The notes below the pieces were generated by a model that worked only from the letters and a program-made list of their open reading frames with translations, had not been told where the DNA came from and searched no databases. From the NCBI GenBank assembly GCA_020536535.1, contig JAHLWZ010000798.1:1-64000 (forward strand): a stretch of 64,000 nt of DNA, in the 5' to 3' direction. Each line of letters opens with the position of its first letter. Position 1 is the first letter of the stretch. Source of the stretch: Pelomyxa schiedti (Eukaryota > Protista > Evosea). Made by a program: the position numbers and the translations under genes. This document shows positions 13,577-26,700 of the stretch, in pieces.

Positions 13577-14445
13577 ATGTTCATGGACGTTGAGCCACAG
13601 GTGTGATGGAACCGGTTTTTATTTTTATATTTTTAATGGTGACAGCTATTGTGTGGTTATACAACAGACAAACCCAAACACGAGGTACCGAAGTGCACTG
13701 GATTTTCTGGACCTTGTGAAGTCTAGAGTGAACCGTGAGGCTTACGATGAGTTCCTTGATGTGATGAAGCAATTCAAAAACGCCGAGTTGAGTGAGGGGA
13801 CTTAATATTCTTTGGGTGTGGGTGCTGCATTTTTGTGTTCATGGGCATAACACGAAAAACGCTTGTTGATTTTAATTTCATGACAGGTTGACAACAGAAC
13901 AAGTTGTGGGTACAGTGCACACAATGTTTGAGGGGTATCCAGAGTTAATAGAAGGATTCAATATATTTCTACCTGAGAATTACGTGCACGTTCAACGTGG
14001 ACCTGGTGAGAGCAATATGCGCGCGGCTGAGAGTACGCCAACAAGGGCACGTGGAAAAGACCCATACTTTGACACTGCTGTTCAATTTGTGAAAACCATC
14101 AAGGTAGTTGCATTCTCTTTTTAAATCCACAATAGCCTACCTTCATTCTGCACATAAGCTCTAAACATAAACGGCACTTTTCATAATAAACCCTCCGTTG
14201 AGGGTATACATAGCGCCAACATTTGCTTGCACTTCTCAATATTATTCACCTTTTTGCCCTGATAGGCACGATGTGCTGATGAGCCGGAAATTTACCGCTC
14301 ATTCTTGAATATTCTTCATGAGTACAAGTCTAATTCGCGTAGCATTGCACAGACAACTACTGAAGTGGAAGCTCTGTTCTGCCCTAAATATCCTGACCTC
14401 TTTGAAAAATTCACTGAATTTTTACCAACATGGGCAAACAACTGA
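13577..14445 (+). CDS. Small stand-alone protein of two PAH (paired amphipathic helix, Sin3-like) domains
   Basis: PAH1: ALDFLDLVKSR...YDEFLDVMKQFK...MFEGYPELIEGFNIFLP. PAH2: AVQFVKTIKAR...IYRSFLNILHEYK...YPDLFEKFTEFLP, followed by a stop. Confidence 0.85.
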
Positions 14446-14624
14446 GAGGCTTCCCAATAGCCTAAAGACAGGGAACAACCACTTGATGTCCCGGAAGAAA
14501 ACAAAGAACATGATGGTTCTTTCGGCTTTATTTTTCTTTTTTTTTTTTGTTTAAAAGAAAATACTTCGTTTTTCTTTCGCGAATTGATTTTCCCGTTTCA
14601 CGGGCATTTTGATTGTTGTTGGGG

Positions 14625-17600
14625 ATGCACCTATTATCGCGTTTGGTGAAGAAGAGGTACCTTTTTATTTGTTGTTGACAGTTTGTTTGTGAGTGTTGTT
14701 GATTTCAAAACAAATTCCAAATAAATAACTAACTGTTTTGTCTGCTCCTCTGTGTTTGGGTGATATAGGCAGGTGAATCATGTACGTGTTAAATTGGACA
14801 CTGTGAGTGACACTTTGCCAAAATTTATCCGTGCTGCCAAAGCATTCGTCTCTGTTGGTGGTATTTTTTTTCCCCCATTTTTTCTATTCCTTTTGAAAAC
14901 AAAATTTTTATTTTTTTTTATTTTCTACTTTTATCGTTTCAGGAGTGACGAGGGAGGGAATTTTCAGACTGAGTGTATCACCTGCTGACACAAAAGCTCT
15001 CAAGCTTCTATGTGACACAGGTACTGTTTACCATAAACTACAATAAACACAATTGGCCACCCAATACTTACATTCATTTCTTTGGAGAAAGTCCTCCTGA
15101 TTTCTCTGTGATCAATCCCCATGACATTGCGGCATTGATCAAGTTTTACCTCCGAGAAATGAGTGAACCACTAATTCCTTTTCCTATCATCGAAGCAATA
15201 TCAAATGCCACCAGCATATGTGAGACTCTTGAAATGGTTTATTTGGACTCATCATTTGTTTTTGTTTTCAGCCAACGATGAATTGCGGTCCCTTCTAATG
15301 CAACTACCCCTTCCAAATGTCGAACTCTTTATTTTTCTCCTTGGGTTTTTGATTTTGGTCTCTACCAAGGAAGAACAAAATAAGATGAGCCCAGAAAATT
15401 TGTGTGTGCTTCTGCTTTTTTTCCAAGGCTAACTTGCTTCTATTTCTCCTTCCTAAGAGCTATTATTTTCTCACAGAACATTTCACAACCCCCCGAGATG
15501 ACACCACAAGTTTTGGCAACCCAGTCGAAGTTTCGACCAGTTTTTGAATCATTCATTGTAAATGGAAGAGTCATCTTCCCAGAGGTGATATCGAATTAGA
15601 CTCCACTACAGTTCACACAAAATTAGGTCCTTGAGATCATCAAAGATTTGGATATACTATTGAAAAATGCTTCAACAGAAGCCCCGCCAACAAACACTTT
15701 GACAACAACGCCAACTTCAACATTACCTCCATCCACAAGTTCCACAATCTCTGTAGCAGTCTCCCCATCACCATCGCCTTCACCTGACAATCTCATACCC
15801 CCACCACAGCCACCACAACTTCCTTCAGTTCCATCTGGTTTCATGTCCATAATTATTCACAAGTCGGATTTGGTTGCAAGCCAAGATTTGCCCCATAATT
15901 CGCTAATTCAAATATCTATTCTTGGTAGCCCTACTGCTTACATTTCATATCTTAACACTCTGCAGATTCTCATGACTGGCGAGCTCTTTATGTTCGTCCA
16001 GATGAGAGTGAGGCTGTTAGAACCCTTAGTTGCCAAAAACTTGTTCAAGGTTTGCACTGCATAGCGTTTTGGTACTACACCACCCAAAGTTCTTTGAAGC
16101 AGTAATCAAAACCTCAATAGGGAAGAGCAGATAGTTGTCCCTCTGAATTTCGAAACAATAACTTCGGGCTCAACAGTAATATTTTTTGAATTACAGGAGC
16201 AAAGTGGCAAGTAACATACCACTTTTCATCGTGCCCCATATTCAATGCACAGCACGCTTGTTTCTTGGATTCATTTCCACTTCTAGGGACCAAAAACCAG
16301 CCAGTATTGCATGGGGGTACATTGTACCATCAGAAACAGTAAAAGAAATTACAGCTGGCAGACAAGTATCATGCCGATTCAGAAAGATCTCTAACATTTC
16401 CCAAGATAAGATTGCAGATGTACCACTACTTTTGTACACCTGACACAGAGGCGTCTGATGTACTTGTGTCCTGGCAGCATCGAGAACTTACTCAAGTAGG
16501 TTTCTCTATCAAAAATCTTGCAGTTAATAGCTTTAGATGGAATATCCTGTTGCTATATATGTAACAGTGCAAAAACTAAATAGCAGCAACCACAAAGACT
16601 CTCAAAGCAGGTTTTGATTTTCCTTTTCTTTTGGAGTGGTGGAACTCAGCCTAATACAGGGATGCAACTACACCTGATTGCAACAAAATGGCACCTGAGA
16701 GTAAGTGCCATATCCCAAATAGTCTTTCGACATGTACCCAAACCACAAACTGGTACTGAAAACTGAAATAACTTGCCTCTAACTCATTCAAGTGGTGCTA
16801 CACTTGTCAAATTTTCTCCCAATGGTGAATATCTAGCCGCAGTATGTGCAACTTGTGATCAGCACCTAAGTTATACAATTTTGGTGTACAACACAAGTGT
16901 TTGGAAAGTAGTTCAGTCTTTTGTAGGTATTTTTTATTTCATTGTATTTGTCAGGTTTATCCCTACAATTCTAAACAATATAAGGGCACAGTAATGTTAC
17001 ACATGACATTTCTTGGTCCCCAGATAGTAAGTTAATTTTAACAGCCTCCTCAGATAGAACTGCGAAGGTGCAAATTTATTCTCCCTATCTCCTTCTTATT
17101 CTACTTAGGTTTGGTCTCTCGACCTGCAATCCTTTCAATCAGAAATCACACACTCTCCTGAAGCCGTATCTCTGTCAACTCTCAGTCACTACTCTTGTGT
17201 TTTCTGTGCAAGATTCAAGGGATCCAAGTGTGACACATTTTACTTCGTGACGTACCTACCTTTCCCAATATAGACTGATTTTCACTGGGGGATGTGATGC
17301 CTTTATTCATATTTGGAGATATCCAGAATCGTATGAATTACTCTCTGTGCCTGCACACTCTTCATCGATCCATTCTATGTGCTTCTTCAAGGCAGATTCT
17401 CCAACTTTCAGTCATTGCTTACCCCTCATCAGAGTGGCAATTGTTTAGCAACCGGAGATTCTAAGGGCTATTTAAAATTGTGGCTTGTCTCGTGTGATGG
17501 GACAACTCTTTCTTGTAGTAAAGTCATACATAGCCATGCCCCCCTCACAATTTCTCACATCGAAGTAACTCAAACACAATCCATGGGTTCCTCGTTTTCA

Positions 17601-19083
17601 GCATCCTCTGCAACTTCACGAAATCCTTCTCAGCCCAATAGCTCCCAGCAACCAGGAGAAATGCTGCTGATTCAGACACATGGCCCTGGCAGTGCCATGA
17701 TGATAATTGAAGTTTCCTCACTTGTGATTACACACATGTTTGTGAGAGTTGGTGACTGGATGTGGCCATTGCGTGGGTGCTGGAGTCCAAATAACCAATG
17801 GATTGGGGCTAGCTCTGAAGATGGCAACATGTACGATTTTTGTTACCCTTATTGACACTAATACGTATGGCAGCAACATTTGGGGCGTTGATGGTGCTCT
17901 CAGGCATTCTCTTCGGGGTCCAACAGGAGCACCATCTCCTCCAGCAGAACCAAACTCACCAACTTTACCTCCTACATCCTCTACTCCTCCAGCTACAACC
18001 CTCCAATCACTAGTTCAAAACGCAGCCAACGCCATCACCCAGCCCACTATCTCGTGTACAACTACATCTTCAAGTAGTAGTACATGTACTACCGCCACCA
18101 GTAACCCTAGCCAAACATCGCTTTGTACTGGTTGGCACCTTGCCCCTTGTATCAGTATGACTTGGAGCCCATGTTCTGATTGTCTTGTTGTATGTCCCTC
18201 TCCAAGCGTATCTACTACATTACTGGTATTCACTTGGACACCGGACATCTCTTCACCAGAGGCAATAGCTTATCTCTCTTCACATATAGAAGTCTCTTAA
18301 TACAATACAGATTTCTTACCAATGTACCAGTGGAGAAAGACGGCATGTATGTACTGAACAAAATTTACTGTAATATGACCTTCCAATAGATTGACCTTTT
18401 AATGTCATCTGTATTCTCTTGCTGGTCGTCACCACTACCATGCAGTTGTACAGATAAAGCTGTAAAATCACAGTATTTTCTCTTTCCCTCGGGATTTTGC
18501 CTATGATAAATAACAATACCTTCTCAGAACCTGTTCCAGCCGAAACACACTAGCAACAACACCAATCAATCCTTCACCACAACCAACTGGACCTATGACA
18601 AGTCCTGCCAGGCATCATACCCTATTGTAAACAACACCTAACAACAAAATTAGCCGCCGGGAAACCACAAGCTGGATGAGAGTCGGAAAATCCCGCTCAG
18701 TGGCCTACTTCTCAGACCCCCTCAGCCGGCCCCTTGTGCCCCTCTGGCAAGGCAAGCCCCAGACCCTTGCCTCAGGCCGAGGCTCCACTGCTACATCAAC
18801 AACACCCCCTTCTTCACAACCCACTTCCGCAACCACTTCCACTTCCACTTCCGCTTCGGCTTCCTCTTCCGGATCAGCTACATCATCCTCCTGTGACTCT
18901 GTTGTACATCCCACATCTCCCTTCTCTACAAATTCCACTACCCCACAATCACAAGCATCTCCTTCTTCTACTTCTACTAGTGCTTCTGGTTCAAGTGTAA
19001 TTCCTCCACCTCCACCACCGCCTCCACCCCCACCTCCTCAATCCAAAGGTAGCAGTGCTGCACCACGTAAAAAAAGATTCTAG
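14625..19083 (+). CDS. RhoGAP domain fused to a jouberin/AHI1-like C2 + WD40 region with a Ser/Pro-rich tail; 3' exons (18300-19083) less certain
   Basis: RhoGAP: GIFRLS (Arg finger), HDIAALIKFYLREMSEPLIPF, NKMSPENLAIIF. AHI1-like: EEQIVVPLNF...VIFFEL, IAWGY, YPVAIYVTVQ, CHIPN, KFSPNGEYLAAVC, GHSNVTHDISWSPDSKLILTASSDRTAKVW. The linking intron near 15586-15626 keeps the frame. Confidence 0.75.
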
Positions 19084-19169
19084 AATTGTGTGTTGTATTT
19101 TAAATAGAACTCCAAGAGTTGTTTAAAAAATCATAGTTTTGGCTGTTTCTTTTCTGTTCCTTTATGTTC

Positions 19170-21477
19170 TTAGGAGAGGTTCAGGCAGTGGAACTTTAGC
19201 TTCTCCCATAGTTGTTGTTCTTCCTCATGTGTTGGTGTGGACTGCTTGTTTTTGATTTTCGCTAGTTGGTGACGGGTGAGACATGCCTCGCGGAAATGCC
19301 TCAATGAACCCGGGGCAACAGATAGCTCTGACATATCATCATTATGGGGAATAACAGTGTCCTTGACTTGGGTGTACATCCATTCCTTAGATTTCTATAA
19401 GAAACGGGTGGTTTGTAGGTAAAAAGTTTTTCTTACAGTGAGTTCTACTGCCTCCAAGAAGTTCATTGTGGGTGTTTCCCAGGCATGGAGACATCCTGTG
19501 AGGTTGTGTTTGTGTCTAAAATCCATCGAAAATGCAAGAGAGAGGGGAACAAGGCCGAATGTGAAAATCTGTCCACGTATTGTAAAGACATCAAGAAATT
19601 GGTACCAAATTACCTTGAAGAAACAGACTCCAGGACCTTCAGTGTAATAGTTATTAATCATATCAACTGTCTCTCTAACGGTTTCTCTTGTTTCACCCGG
19701 AAAACCACCTACTTGTTATTACCAAAGATTTTAAAATTAAGGCTGTATTACAAATGAAGAAACTCCTGTTGAAAATATGAGTTGTAAATAACTAAACAAC
19801 GAGAACCCACAGAGTGTTTATTCCCTTCATTGAGAGTAGTCGTAGACTATGTAATGTCTGCTCAGGGTGAGGTGGTTTTCCCATTGCTCTAAGAATATCT
19901 CTATTCCCACTTTCAACGCCAGCCCAAATTTCAATGCATCCAGACAATCTCATCCATTCAGCAAGTTCTTCATCTACAATCCACACCCTTTGGTACGCCT
20001 CGAAGGAAGGGTAATCAAAAACGGTGGGAAGGGATTGCATACTGTCCAACTAATATTCATGTTTGATTCAACAAGAGCTTTACACAGTTGAACTGCTTGC
20101 TGTTTGTTCTGAAACAAGTTATCATTTGTGAAAGCGACGTAACGCCTGCCATTTACAACTGGTATATGAGAAACTTTTTCCAAAATTTCTTCTATACTGT
20201 GATATATTGGGCTTTGGAAAAATTCCTCATAAAACATACCTGTCCACTTTGGAGGTCGGAATTACATTTCTGAATTCACCTGAATGGCTCAAATTACATG
20301 TATATAGAGTGAATGGTAACCTTACAAAATGCGCAGTTGAGGTTGCATCCATGCCCAGCATAAACAGGAAGGCAGACTGGTGGTCTATTTTGATACTCTG
20401 CCCATTCCACAAAGGGGCTTGCTATTGGTTCCTGAGCTAGTCAGAGGATACTAAAGTAGTTGGGTTGGATGTTACATCAAGAATTTGATTAATGACAAGC
20501 CCTCTATCGGATGGGTATGCAACTGAGCCCATCGAATGCCAATCGGTATGATTTTTAAGGCTCTTTTAAAGGAATTAGAATAACAGGCAGCAAAGAAGGA
20601 AAGACCTGAAGTAGGGTGAGAAGGGCACGAGTGCCCCCAGGATTAATGATGAGGGCATCTGCCAAGCAGTGGGCTTGTGGATTGAAAAAGGGTGAGTAAA
20701 CACGGCCCTCTCCTTCGCTACACATAGAGATTAGCAAACGCACAACCTCGTCAGAGTATTCACTGTTAATGTTTGTTAGGATTGACAGGGAAAGGGTAAA
20801 ATAAGATGACGAACCCAGCATCTACTGCAAGTTTAATCTTATAACTCTTCCAGACAAAAATTCCCCCCATGATAATAAAAGCAGAAGGACAAGTTTTTCG
20901 TACCTGTCTGTATGGAAGAGGTTGATGGTACTTGGACAATTACACATAATTCATACAAAGGAATGCTTACAACATTATTTCGTTGACCTGTACACAAGAA
21001 AAGTAAAATGATGTTGATATAACCACAACATTATCCCTGCCAGTCAGAAGTTCTTGCTCTAACTGCACAAATGCTTAACTTGCTTAAGCAAGGGGGAGAT
21101 AAAGCTTTGGGTACCTGTACTTGATCGTGTGGTAGATAGTTTTCAATAAGCACAACATCATAACCCTCTTGGGAAATGATCTTGTTCAAATAGGGACCAG
21201 CCAATGTTACAGGAACAGAAGGAACCCCCTTTGACATCTCTATTAATGTTCACCCTTGTATTTTACAGCCAATTACATATTTAGGACAACATCTAGGGAA
21301 AAACAAAAAAAAGGAAAGACCAACCAAATGTGGCAAGGAGTCAGCGCAACAAGAGAAATAAGCCCTGAGGAATTGCAACGATGCTATTTCACCCTCCACG
21401 GTCAGCAACCTCCTGTAATGCATGTACCCCCTCATGTGACAAGGGTCACTCATTCCACCAACCACAATCACCTTCAT
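19170..21477 (-). CDS. Cobalamin-binding-domain radical SAM enzyme (class B methyltransferase-like)
   Basis: GHGCNLNCAFC (CxxxCxxC at 20324-20347, third Cys codon split by intron 20280-20325). N-terminal B12-binding-type Rossmann motifs: VVVISTSF, RKTCPSAFIIMGG. Core motifs: FTNDNLF, SGCIEIWAGVESGNRDILRAMGK, GFPGET. Confidence 0.88.
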
Positions 21478-21663
21478 TTCTTCCCCTTTGTTCCCTTCTC
21501 GTCGGCTATTATGGGTGCTTGTCCTACTGGGTACCGCTTTCACGCCTGGGCTGCGAAAATGTCGGTTGGGGTGTGATCAAGAAACGCTTTGTGTTTTCCT
21601 TTTTTTTTTTTCTTTTTTGAACTCAAAAAGAATGATATGGAGGTGTTTCACTGGGTGGAGGAA

Positions 21664-23491
21664 CTAAAAGTCAACACCCCAGATATCATGGCAGTAGGTT
21701 TGAAATGTGCCTGTGCTTATGTGCCGTCTTATATCCTCGAAAAATCTCAGGTAATGGAAGTTGTTGTGCCTGGGATCACATTGAGTGAAATGAGTAGTAT
21801 GGTGGAGGAATTACATACAGTGAAAGCAGAATGTTGGCCAGCATCTCGTGTGTGAGGAGTAGGTGATGGACATATGCCCTTGTGTAGGTACGACAGGCAT
21901 AACAAGTGCATCCAACAACAAATGGCTGGAAATCCATGAAGTACCTTCAAATTCGTTTGATTGTTGTCAGGCTGAATACATTCCATACATGTTGTCATTC
22001 AAATTGATTTTGTGTTTATCAAGAGTCGAAGGTTTAGATGGCTCCGACGTTCCAACGTGAAATATAAGTGCGTAGCCCCAGGAGGCCATATACGATGCAT
22101 AACTAAGAGATTGAGACCAATGAAACTTCTGTCCAGCATACTTATTTGTAAATAGGTCAACGCCTCTCTGAACAAGATCCAACACTTCCTCTGAGGATGT
22201 TAAGTATTATAAATGAGACTGAAACTTATTACCGGGAATTCCAATCCCATGAATAACACGAAGACACTGAGCTGGCATCGTTTTCTAGCTTAAGTTGGTG
22301 AAAAAAGGTATTAATACATCGGTCAGAATACCACAACAACATCTACAATTTCACCACGTTGTCTGACATCCTCACCCAGACCAAGGCCAGCTATCGAATA
22401 AGCTTGTGTGAGGTTAAGGGGGAAAAATAGCAATAAAAGTAATTTCAACATACCCGGGAGATTTCTCTTGGCAACTTCAGAAGCATTTCTAATACGCGAT
22501 TGAAGATTCACTCCACCTTGAATTACACCTGACATCTAGGGAAACTCTTTATTTATGAGGTACGGTACAAAAAGCAAAGTATTACAACTGGTCCCCCTGG
22601 GCCTGTGTTCAATGCAATACATTCATCGAGCCACTTCAATCCTTTCTCATCGTTTTTCCTTTTGGTTTTCAAACTTAAGGAGGAGATTGAGAAAAGTTAC
22701 TGGCTCTTGGAAGGGCTCGAATCTAAAGTGAGGTCAACGAAGAGAGAATCCAACAAGTTGACCCCTGCTGCATGAGCTAATTCCATATAGGCAGTTGGTG
22801 TGATCTAATAGGAGTAAGTGCCCATTGTGAAGAGCAATAGGAGATATACTATTTTTCTTCCAGACTTAGTATCCAATAAAACACCTTTCGGGGAAGCACC
22901 CGTGGCCGCCAAACAAGCCGTAGTTCTTGCTGAGAGATATAACGGTGAAGAGGGCTTCAAACAAAACAGAGCACGGACTCCTCCGTTTGGTCTGCACTGT
23001 ACTGCCGAAGATGGTGTGGTGCAACTGCTAGTTGAAGCAGAATCAGCTGCAGAATCTACAGAAGAAGGGCGTCGAGTGTTGTGGATGGCCCATTGGCGGA
23101 TTGTGAGTTCGTTTTCTGCACTAACCATTGGAATCAGTGCAGTCAGAGAAAAAAGTATTTAGATACTATGGACGAGAAAGAAAAAAAAACCATACATGTC
23201 AGAAAGAGGGATCGAGAGGCACTGAGCAGGAACCCCAGAGGTAAGATCAGGCGTGAGGAATGGAATAGCACATTTCTTCGTCGAAGTGGCGACCCCAGGA
23301 GTGTCAATAAAACCCCCATCCTGTTTAATTTAATGCATTAGCTAGCGGGGAAGAAAAAAAAAAAAGAAACACCCTGGCAACAAACGAACCGAGAAAGAAA
23401 ACTTCCCAACTCTGGCCCTTGTCGACGACACATTCGGCGGTGCCGCATCCGTAGTAACCGACGACTCCGCACTGCTCTCGATCGTCAACAT
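21664..23491 (-). CDS. QTRT2: Queuine tRNA-ribosyltransferase accessory subunit (TGT family); an alternative start lies at 23578
   Basis: GVFIDTPG, GVIQGGVNLQSRIRNASEVAKR, YSIAGLGLGE, RVIHGIGIP, VLDLVQRGVDLF, and the Zn site GCTCYACRTYTRAYVHHLLLTHEMLA...HN. Confidence 0.88.
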
Positions 23492-23724
23492 CCTAGTACC
23501 GATACAACGCGATGGTGGAAAGCAAACAAAAGGAGTCTTCAGTGAAGACCGTTTTAGGTAATGCTGTGCCATCGTCATGGATATTGGCGATATGGTTATC
23601 AACACAGCGGTCCATGCAGTAGAAGAGGAGTTGGCTAATAATGTCTGTGACACTATGGCGCTGGTTATGGGTTAAAAAAAAAAAGAAAGAAAAAACCAGA
23701 TTGTTCTGTTCCTAAGGCTACATC

Positions 23725-26700
23725 TTAGTATGTGTCCCGTAGAGATCTCACGCTCAGAGACGAACTGAGCTGATTGAGGGTGAATGACTGCTTGGAATCA
23801 AATGTCACGGTTGTCATTGTTCCAGGCAGCATCAAGAACCCGTTACTGGAAAAATGCCCCCCAGTCATCCCATAAGCCGTCAGTGTCACGAAGGGTGCCA
23901 CAGCCGTAGTGGTGAGATTGACCGAGGCCGAGAAGTCCGAGATCATCGAGATCGCGGTGGTGACAACGGCCTTTTGGAGGGGTGCCGATTTCAGGTCACT
24001 TGGGTAGAATTGGTTGCTGCTGATAACACTGTCGTTGACGTTTTTCAGAGTGAGAGTGAACACACCCTCATTCAGGGCAAGTCCACCTATTTTTGGGATT
24101 GGCGAAGAAAAAAGCCCAGAATGCGTGTGGGAATTCTAGTGTTACCTGTCATTTCGGAAATGTATCCTTCGAATATAAGCAAGCTGGAGGCTGTGGTTAC
24201 TGTAAACAAATCAGTGCTGTGCTTGTATTTTGTTTGACCGTCGATCCATCTGTGGGAAGGGTGAGTGCCGCAATGAAGAGGTAACAGGAGATAACCCAAT
24301 GAACGAGATTGTTACGTAGCATATTATCGAGTCCTATAAGAGATACATCAATGATCATTGATAGTACACCTCAGAAAGCAAAACCGGTGTGTCGTTATTG
24401 ACATAGACAAGGTACTTTCCATCCACTTCATAAGAGGAAACCAAAATAGGCGCAAAGAAGTCTTTTGCGTAGTTGTGAAGAAGCTTCCACTTTCCGCCAT
24501 ACTCTGTGATATAAAGATATTAATTTGCGCACAAAATACAGCGCAGTGAAACCTATACTGGCCCATGTTGGTCCTTGCCAAATATCGTTGAGCTGCCAAT
24601 ACAACGCACCCATGGTGTAAATAGAATTTATACTCTAAAAGAAAAGTGTTGGGGAAAAATTGGGTCACTGACTGATCGGATCAGACCTGATGGCGCCTGT
24701 AATGTTCTGTTTCAGCTTTCACACACAGTGCTTGTGTCACTGGCAAACAGTAAGACTTAGAAAAAAGAAAAAACTATGTACCTTGGGTCACATAACAAAT
24801 GTCATCAAATTGGGTTACTGAATTTGTATTGTTTGGCCACACGAAATGCATTTCAACTTGCTCCTGAAGTTCAAGATTCCCCGTGTCGTGATGTTGCCGG
24901 TGCCTCATCAGTTCCGATCTTGGAACCCAATTTTAATCTATACTGATGAGTTTGGAAGAACACATACTCATAGTGAAGGTCCGTTCTCACGGTGACTGGC
25001 TCCCAGGTCTCCAGCGAGGGGAAGCTTTGATAGCCAAACTCCTTTTGAAAGTAAATGAAGAGGAAAAACTTGAGTAGTATGAATTAACTGAGGCAAATCT
25101 TGGTTTAGGGAAATGCCATGTCTTCCAGCAGTCTTCCTTAAGAATATTTGGTGACCATTACTTTGGTAGCTTCACTTACAATGTAATTGTAATAGTGCAC
25201 ATCCCCATAATTTTCCGAGCCAGGATCACCCCTGGTTGTTTATGCTTAGCCAAAGAAGGCTGTGTTTCTTAAGTTACCATCTGCCCACAAACAACTCTTT
25301 GGAGTCCACAAGGGCACCATTGCTGGGACTGCTTGAGAGGAAAGGGTGCCTACTTACTGTTATGGAAATTGGAATGATCGTTATGAAATACCAGGGGTCT
25401 TCAGAAACAATAGCAGTGCGAACAGTGTTGAAGTATAGAACACTGTACGGGAATGAGTGGCAGTTTGTGGGACTGATAAAGTACCTGTAATCAACAGTGT
25501 ACCGCTGTTCATGAGTGAGTGTTGCAGGGTACCATCGCAAAGCAGCTTCATTTTCATTATTTCCACTCCATAGCAGCAAAGAAGGATGTGACATTGTTCG
25601 GCGTGTCTTTTCAACGTTGGAATGTGCCAATGGATGAGAGCATACAAGTGAGTCACGGAACCTGGTATTGGACTTCATTTGCGACATTCAAAAGAAATGT
25701 TTTGTCACGTGGATACATAGCACAGGCGAACATGATCTTGCACATGAGTTAGCTGGAATGTCGTAAGGGGTAATGGGTATTTACATCTTCCCAAATCAAA
25801 ATTCCAAGCTGGTCTGCAAGGTCATAAAATGAATCTTGTTGATATATTCCACCTCCCCAGTTTCTACAAATATTCAGAACAGGATCTCGTTTATTTAGCC
25901 AAACCTAAGCATATTCATATGTGCCTCTGAAGCTGATGTCAATAAGGTATCCAACATATCAGTGGTCTAGATAGGATCAGTCATTTTAATTGTTGTTTTA
26001 TTAATACAATGCGGGGCTCAAAGCTGTCAGCGGGGATCCAATTTGAGCCTTTTGCAAAGAAAGTGAAATCATTAACCCTGAAATAAAACGAATTTCCAAT
26101 GGTGTCAGAATATGGCTCTTGGACCTTTTTTTTTTTTATAAACATGTGTTTTTGTTGTGTAACATAACTCACCAGCTCAAGTTTCCTGAAGCCAATGTTT
26201 TGTGAGTAGGATGATGTTTCTCCATCAGAACTGGTGAAGGAAGTCTTACAAATATTCAGCAGGTACCGATTGGAGGAAGAACCCTACCTGAAGATTGTAA
26301 AGTGTCCGTGTATCTTCACCAACGCCGTTCGGCCACCACAACTGGGGATTTGACACGGTCATGGTCAAAGAGACTTTATTTTCCCCCTGTTCTTATTGTT
26401 AAGGAAATCTATATTAGCATATGCTTTACCGTAACAAGTGAAACACTCTTTGATGTGGAGGTGGAGAGTGCAGGAATGTCGACATTAACTGTCCCAGAAG
26501 TGGATGAACGGGACTGAAGAAAAACGTTGATGTTAACAGTCCACTGTGTTAACCCTGATGTTGGGGTGGGATATGCCGTTGTATCAGATATAAATGCATC
26601 AGAGAAGCCAACAAGGTGAATTGGTTGCCTAAAAGAGCATTAGGCATCTCCGAGTAAGTTTGATCTTGACCAAATTCCAGAGGGGATGAAGCATGGTCCC

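Noticed and set aside
18612-18653. Possible GC-AG intron in the RhoGAP-jouberin tail
   Set aside because: A shorter GT-AG intron (18627-18653) also restores the frame; this cannot be decided without transcripts.
21589-22060. Plus-strand ORFs (MEVFHWVEELK...) as a gene divergent from the radical SAM gene
   Set aside because: They are antisense shadows of the QTRT2 3' exons.
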